DNA of 64,000 bases from the NCBI GenBank assembly GCA_043511425.1, contig CP121331.1, positions 1,529,983 through 1,593,982 on the forward strand, given 5' to 3'. A program made the position numbers and the translations under genes. Positions 59,713-64,000 of this stretch are shown here, piece by piece. Positions within the stretch are counted from its first letter, which is position 1, and each line of letters starts with the position of its first letter. The stretch comes from Sphingobacteriales bacterium (GTDB lineage Bacteria; Bacteroidota; Bacteroidia; NS11-12g; UBA9320). The notes below the pieces were generated by a model. The model did no database searches and was not told where the DNA came from. It saw nothing but the letters and a program-made list of their open reading frames with translations.

Positions 59713-61133
59713 ATGGCATTCGAAAAAGTAACTCGCGAACAAGATTACTCCAAGTGGTACAACAACCTAGTAGAAAATGCAGACTTAGCTCAGCACAGTA
59801 GCGTGCGAGGCTGTATGGTGATAAAACCCTACGGATATGCTATTTGGGAGAAAATGCAGGCTGAACTAGACCGTAGATTTAAAGAAACGGGACACGAAAA
59901 CGCGTACTTCCCTCTTTTTGTCCCTAAAAGTCTCTTTGAAGCCGAAGAAAAAAATGCAGAAGGTTTTGCCAAAGAATGTGCTGTTGTCACACACTATAGA
60001 TTAGAGACCGACCCAGACAAACCGGGTAAACTGAGAGTAGACCCTAATGCAAAGCTAGAAGAAGAACTTATCGTACGACCTACGAGTGAGGCTATCATAT
60101 GGAATACCTACAAAGGATGGATACAGAGCTACAGAGACCTTCCTCTTTTGATCAATCAATGGGCTAACGTAGTTCGATGGGAGATGCGTACGCGATTATT
60201 TTTGCGAACAGCTGAGTTTTTGTGGCAAGAAGGACATACCGCTCACGCTACCAAAACGGAAGCAGAAGCAGAAACCGATCAGATGGTACGTGTATATGAA
60301 GAATTTTCTAGGAATATACTTGCCATACCAACGATTATGGGACACAAAACGGAGAGTGAACGTTTTGCAGGAGCAGAAGACACATTGTGTATTGAGGGTC
60401 TCATGCAAGATGGGAAAGCACTCCAAATGGGAACTTCTCACTTCTTAGGTCAAAACTTCGCTAAAGCTTTTGATGTGAAATTTGCGACTAAAGAGGGAAA
60501 ACTAGAACACGTATGGGCAACTAGCTGGGGCGTGAGTACGCGCCTCATGGGAGCACTCATTATGGCTCACTCAGATGATGAGGGACTGGTACTTCCTCCA
60601 AATCTGGCACCAATACAAGTAGTAATAGTGCCTATTTACAAAGGATTAGACCAGCTAGAGGCTATTAGTGAGAAGATAGATCCTATCATTAAAAATCTAA
60701 GAGCAAAAGGGATCAGCGTAAAGTTTGACACGCGAGATACGCACAAGCCAGGGTTTAAATTTGCTGAGTGGGAACTCAAAGGAGTCCCTGTACGAATAGC
60801 TATTGGGAATAGAGATCTAGAAGCTGGCACAAAAAAAAAATAGAAAATCTACTCGCAGTGATGCAAGACCACATTTACATGAAAGCCTTAAACTTTAGAG
60901 ACAACCATACTACATTAGTCAATACGTGGGAGGAGTTTCAAGAAGTGCTAGAAGGTAAAGGAGGCTTTATCTCTGCACACTGGGACGGTACCGCAGAGAC
61001 TGAAGAAAAAATACAACAAGCGACGAAGGCAACTATCCGGTGTATTCCTTTTGACAACCCACAGGAAGCCGGTAAATGTATCTTCTCTGGCAAGCCAAGT
61101 AAAGAAAGAGTGCTGTTTGCGAAGGCGTACTAG
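59713..61133 (+). CDS. proS: Proline--tRNA ligase (archaeal/eukaryote-like type, common in Bacteroidetes). The reading frame is broken at an A10 run (60831-60840).
   Basis: N-terminus [19 protein letters not shown], class II motifs, and C-terminus ...KATIRCIPF...[13 protein letters not shown]. ORFs 59668..60843 and 60858..61133 join as ...[16 protein letters not shown]... if the run is A11. Confidence 0.85.
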
Positions 61134-61196
61134 TCTTTGTCATCCTGAGCGGAGTCGAAGGGTGCACAAAGAGTTGAATGAGTTAAACAGTTATTA

Positions 61197-61829
61197 GTGG
61201 AAACGGAAGAGAAAAAAGAATCTAAACGCTATTCAAAATGGGGATTAGCATTTCTTATCCCTGCAGTTATTAGTGTAATTGGAGGCCTCTGGATAGCACT
61301 ACGTATTCCTGAATATAGTGGTGAAGGAGGGACGACTACAATGAGTATCCCTTTCAGGTATATTTTTACACTTTGGCTATTCTTATTTTTACTTTTTATC
61401 TATGCTCAGATTAAAGATTCTTCACTTTTTCAATTGCAGTGGCCAAAAAACTCTAAGATTGCGAGCATTTTAGGGTCTATTCTTACTATTCCTACATTTT
61501 CACTACTTTTTTCATTCGCAATTGTACACGCAATTTTTAGTGTAATTAATTATACTGGCGTAAAAGAGGAAGTAGTTATAGAAGGTCAGCTCTATAAAAA
61601 GGAAATCATAGAAAAAAGAAGACGAAGAAGTATTAAAAAAACCAAAAAGTACTACGCTTATTTTAATGAGAATAAAGAATATTGCTTTGAAATTTCGGAA
61701 TCTTCTTTTCACCTATTTAATGAAGGTGATGTATTAAAACTTAATGTTCTGAAAGGTCGATTAAACGGATTTTACATTACTGGTGATTCATTTACATATA
61801 TAAGATCGATAAATAATGCTATTGATTAA
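61197..61829 (+). CDS. Hypothetical membrane protein (3-4 TM) with a Lys/Arg-rich segment.
   Basis: Hydrophobic profile only. Confidence 0.3.
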   Translation: METEEKKESKRYSKWGLAFLIPAVISVIGGLWIALRIPEYSGEGGTTTMSIPFRYIFTLWLFLFLLFIYAQIKDSSLFQLQWPKNSKIASILGSILTIPTFSLLFSFAIVHAIFSVINYTGVKEEVVIEGQLYKKEIIEKRRRRSIKKTKKYYAYFNENKEYCFEISESSFHLFNEGDVLKLNVLKGRLNGFYITGDSFTYIRSINNAID

Positions 61830-61875
61830 ACTAGGTTTTAAATTTGGCTTTTATCCTCACTCCTCCCACACATAC

Positions 61876-62523
61876 TTAAACAGCACAACAGCTAGTATCA
61901 GCTGCATAACAAGAAGAAGAACTAAGACCCCCCCAGTCTTGCACATAGTTTAGATTATCTAAAGGAGAAAGCGCTTTGCTCGCCGACTTCAAACTTACCA
62001 AGAGACTTGGAATCAGCAACGGAAGACTTAGAATCATAGCAACCAAGCTACTGTTTTTGGCGCCTAAAGCCAAGGCAGAATTAAACGTAAACACAGCGGA
62101 ATTACACAATGTGAAGAGTAATCCTGTAATCATATACTCCCAAAAGTGCGGGATGCTTTGGGGCAACCAAAAAGACATTAATGCAGTAAGCACTACTAAG
62201 AAAAAAGCATTCACCAAAAACTGGTAAAGTATCTTGGACACGATAATGGCTCGGCTATCTACTAAGAATTTGTAATAGAGTAAACTGCCTTTATTTTCCA
62301 TCAAAAAACTCCGTCCTATGTTTTGCACTACGCCAAAGATGAGGACCACATAAAACAGGCTGTGCCACACGTGATTACTCGCTTCTTTCTGTATGGTATA
62401 GATAATGAAGACCGAGACTACAAGCAATAAGACCAAAGACCATAGAGCATACTTATTCTTCAGCTCCATTTTGAGCTCTTTTAGAAAAAGTTGTTTTATC
62501 TGCTTAATAAGTACAGTTTGCAT
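61876..62523 (-). CDS. CcmB-like heme exporter ABC permease (tentative).
   Basis: 6-TM ~215-aa protein with RSFLMENKGSLLYY and SLPLLIPSLLV resembling CcmB conserved segments. No adjacent ccmA. Confidence 0.4.
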   Translation of the reverse strand: MQTVLIKQIKQLFLKELKMELKNKYALWSLVLLLVVSVFIIYTIQKEASNHVWHSLFYVVLIFGVVQNIGRSFLMENKGSLLYYKFLVDSRAIIVSKILYQFLVNAFFLVVLTALMSFWLPQSIPHFWEYMITGLLFTLCNSAVFTFNSALALGAKNSSLVAMILSLPLLIPSLLVSLKSASKALSPLDNLNYVQDWGGLSSSSCYAADTSCCAV

Positions 62524-62550
62524 AAATTTGCCATCGCAAAAGTACATTTA

Positions 62551-63009
62551 ATGTTATACCAATTACAGAACTTATCCGCAGAAGAGCAAACGCTTGTACA
62601 GAGATCACCAATCTGGGTAACGCTACTCATAGCGTGCGCGGACTACGATATCAAGGAAGAAGAGATAGACAGAGCCAAAGAAATCATACACATCAAATCG
62701 TTTGCAGTGCAAAACGATGTCAAGAATTTATATAAAAACTTGGATGAGCATGTGGATGAGGAAATAGATTTCGCATTGAAGTCGCTATCTGCCGACGGTG
62801 CAGAGCGTATGTTATTTTTGGAGCAGCATATTGCCAAGCTGAACGACATATTTCCTAAACTGGATCATACGTATGCTAAACAACTATACAATAGCCTCGT
62901 GAGCTTAGCTACTTCTGTAGCTAGAGCGGAAGGAGGTCTTTTCGGTATACGTAAAATAGGCCAGGACGAGGCTAAGTACATTCACCTACCAATGCTCCAA
63001 AAACCTTGA
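62551..63009 (+). CDS. Hypothetical protein.
   Basis: ORF only. The annotated start is placed at MLYQLQNL. Confidence 0.3.
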   Translation: MLYQLQNLSAEEQTLVQRSPIWVTLLIACADYDIKEEEIDRAKEIIHIKSFAVQNDVKNLYKNLDEHVDEEIDFALKSLSADGAERMLFLEQHIAKLNDIFPKLDHTYAKQLYNSLVSLATSVARAEGGLFGIRKIGQDEAKYIHLPMLQKP

Positions 63010-64000
63010 AAAAAATCTTAATAGCAAACCGTGGCGAAATCGCCGTACGAGTGATAAAGACCTGCCGAAAGATGGGTATCTCCACAGTGGCTATTTACTC
63101 GGAAGCAGACCGAGACTCTAAGCATGTGCAGCTCGCTGATGAAGCTTTCTGTGTAGGGCCAGCAGCCAGTTCGGAGAGTTATCTGCAAGCGGAAAAAATC
63201 ATCCAAATCTGCAAAGACAATGCCGTGGATGGCATACATCCTGGATACGGCTTCTTGTCTGAAAATGCAGGCTTTGTTAAAAAAGTAACGGATGCAGGTA
63301 TCACTTTTATAGGTCCTAGCCCAGAAGCCATAGATCTAATGGGCAGTAAAATTGCGAGTAAGCAGGCCGTAGAAAAATACGGTGTACCCTTAGTTCCAGG
63401 CATTAACCATGCGGTAGAAGATATCGCAGAAGCAGCAGATGTAGCTGATCAGATAGGCTACCCCGTGCTTGTAAAAGCAAGTGCTGGTGGTGGTGGAAAG
63501 GGAATGCGTATAGTGCATAAACCCGAAGACCTAGAAAGCCAGATGAGAACTGCTCAAAGTGAAGCTCAAAGTGCTTTTGGTGATCGATCTGTATTTATAG
63601 AAAAATTTGTAACCAAGCCTCGCCATATTGAGATACAGCTGATAGCAGATAATCACGGTAGCGTTATTTACCTGCTCGAGCGAGAGTGTTCTATCCAGCG
63701 TAGACACCAGAAACTAGTAGAAGAAGCACCTAGCGCTGTCCTTACAGATGCACTGAGAAAAGAGATGGGAGAAGCTGCGGTAAACGTAGCTAAAGCGTGC
63801 AATTATTCTGGAGCAGGAACGGTAGAATTCTTGTTGGATGCGGACCACAAGTTTTATTTCCTAGAAATGAACACACGTTTGCAAGTAGAACATCCGGTAA
63901 CCGAGCTTATCACTGGACTAGACCTGGTAGCTGAGCAAATAAAAGTAGCTCGAGGAGAAAAACTGGACTACGTACAGGAAGACATCAAAGCTCATGGACA
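63006..64000 (+). CDS. accC: Biotin carboxylase (acetyl-CoA carboxylase subunit or biotin-dependent carboxylase alpha), 3'-truncated by the window edge. Putative TTG start.
   Basis: KKILIANRGEIAVRVIKTCRKMGI..., ATP-grasp motifs (KASAGGGGKGMRIV, EMNTRLQVEHPVTE). Confidence 0.88.
   Translation, partial: MKKILIANRGEIAVRVIKTCRKMGISTVAIYSEADRDSKHVQLADEAFCVGPAASSESYLQAEKIIQICKDNAVDGIHPGYGFLSENAGFVKKVTDAGITFIGPSPEAIDLMGSKIASKQAVEKYGVPLVPGINHAVEDIAEAADVADQIGYPVLVKASAGGGGKGMRIVHKPEDLESQMRTAQSEAQSAFGDRSVFIEKFVTKPRHIEIQLIADNHGSVIYLLERECSIQRRHQKLVEEAPSAVLTDALRKEMGEAAVNVAKACNYSGAGTVEFLLDADHKFYFLEMNTRLQVEHPVTELITGLDLVAEQIKVARGEKLDYVQEDIKAHG

Noticed and set aside
1-64000. tRNA, rRNA, tmRNA or RNase P genes
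   Set aside because: I found no cloverleaf-compatible segments with a CCA/T-loop GTTC signature and no rRNA-like conserved blocks. The only long non-coding regions are the X/Y repeat clusters and short intergenic spacers.

Overview
This 64-kb window is a chromosomal segment from a Bacteroidetes-type genome (roughly 42% GC). Supporting that assignment: T9SS type-A and type-B C-terminal sorting domains, Bacteroidetes-style TAnnTTTG -7 promoter boxes, no Shine-Dalgarno sequences, and an M43 metzincin. About 90% of the window is ordinary core-genome coding sequence: a hemolysin-III family gene, an MsbA-like ABC exporter, uvrA, an arginine-decarboxylase plus deoxyhypusine-synthase-like polyamine pair, topA, a DAACS symporter, glyS, a Wzx/acetyltransferase pair, rpsT, radC, two giant T9SS cargo proteins, an M1 peptidase, a ComA homologue, a System-I cytochrome c maturation cluster (ccmCDEF with a CxxxY-type CcmE), an LptC-like gene, coaX, birA, rsfS, redoxins, a 1224-aa TraB/GumN protein, an Smr protein, a FadL/PorV-like barrel, proS and the 5' end of accC. 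The part that stands out is positions 575-4140. Three clusters of a mosaic repeat family lie there, built from two related ~87-bp hairpin-rich units, with one unit type partly the reverse complement of the other. The central hairpin shows compensatory and wobble covariation. A 582-bp tandem array of 8 units is present. A small GIY-YIG nuclease gene and a PNP-fold (AMP-nucleosidase-like) gene are embedded between the clusters. The organisation resembles REP/BIME elements but with a GIY-YIG gene where a RAYT transposase would be. I do not recognise the repeat family. A second notable locus is 58111-59631: a lipoprotein gene with W/G/Y/N-rich and S/T/P/R-rich low complexity, three near-identical 105-bp in-frame tandem repeats (a VNTR) and one in-frame TAA. 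Several genes are interrupted by 1-nt indels at homopolymers: proS at an A10 run, the symporter at an A5 run, and a T9SS cargo gene at a C6 run inside its signal peptide. One further frameshift lies in the arginine decarboxylase gene, and uvrA lacks a canonical start codon. These may be assembly errors, or real slippage or pseudogenisation. No rRNA, tRNA, CRISPR, transposase or integrase was detected.
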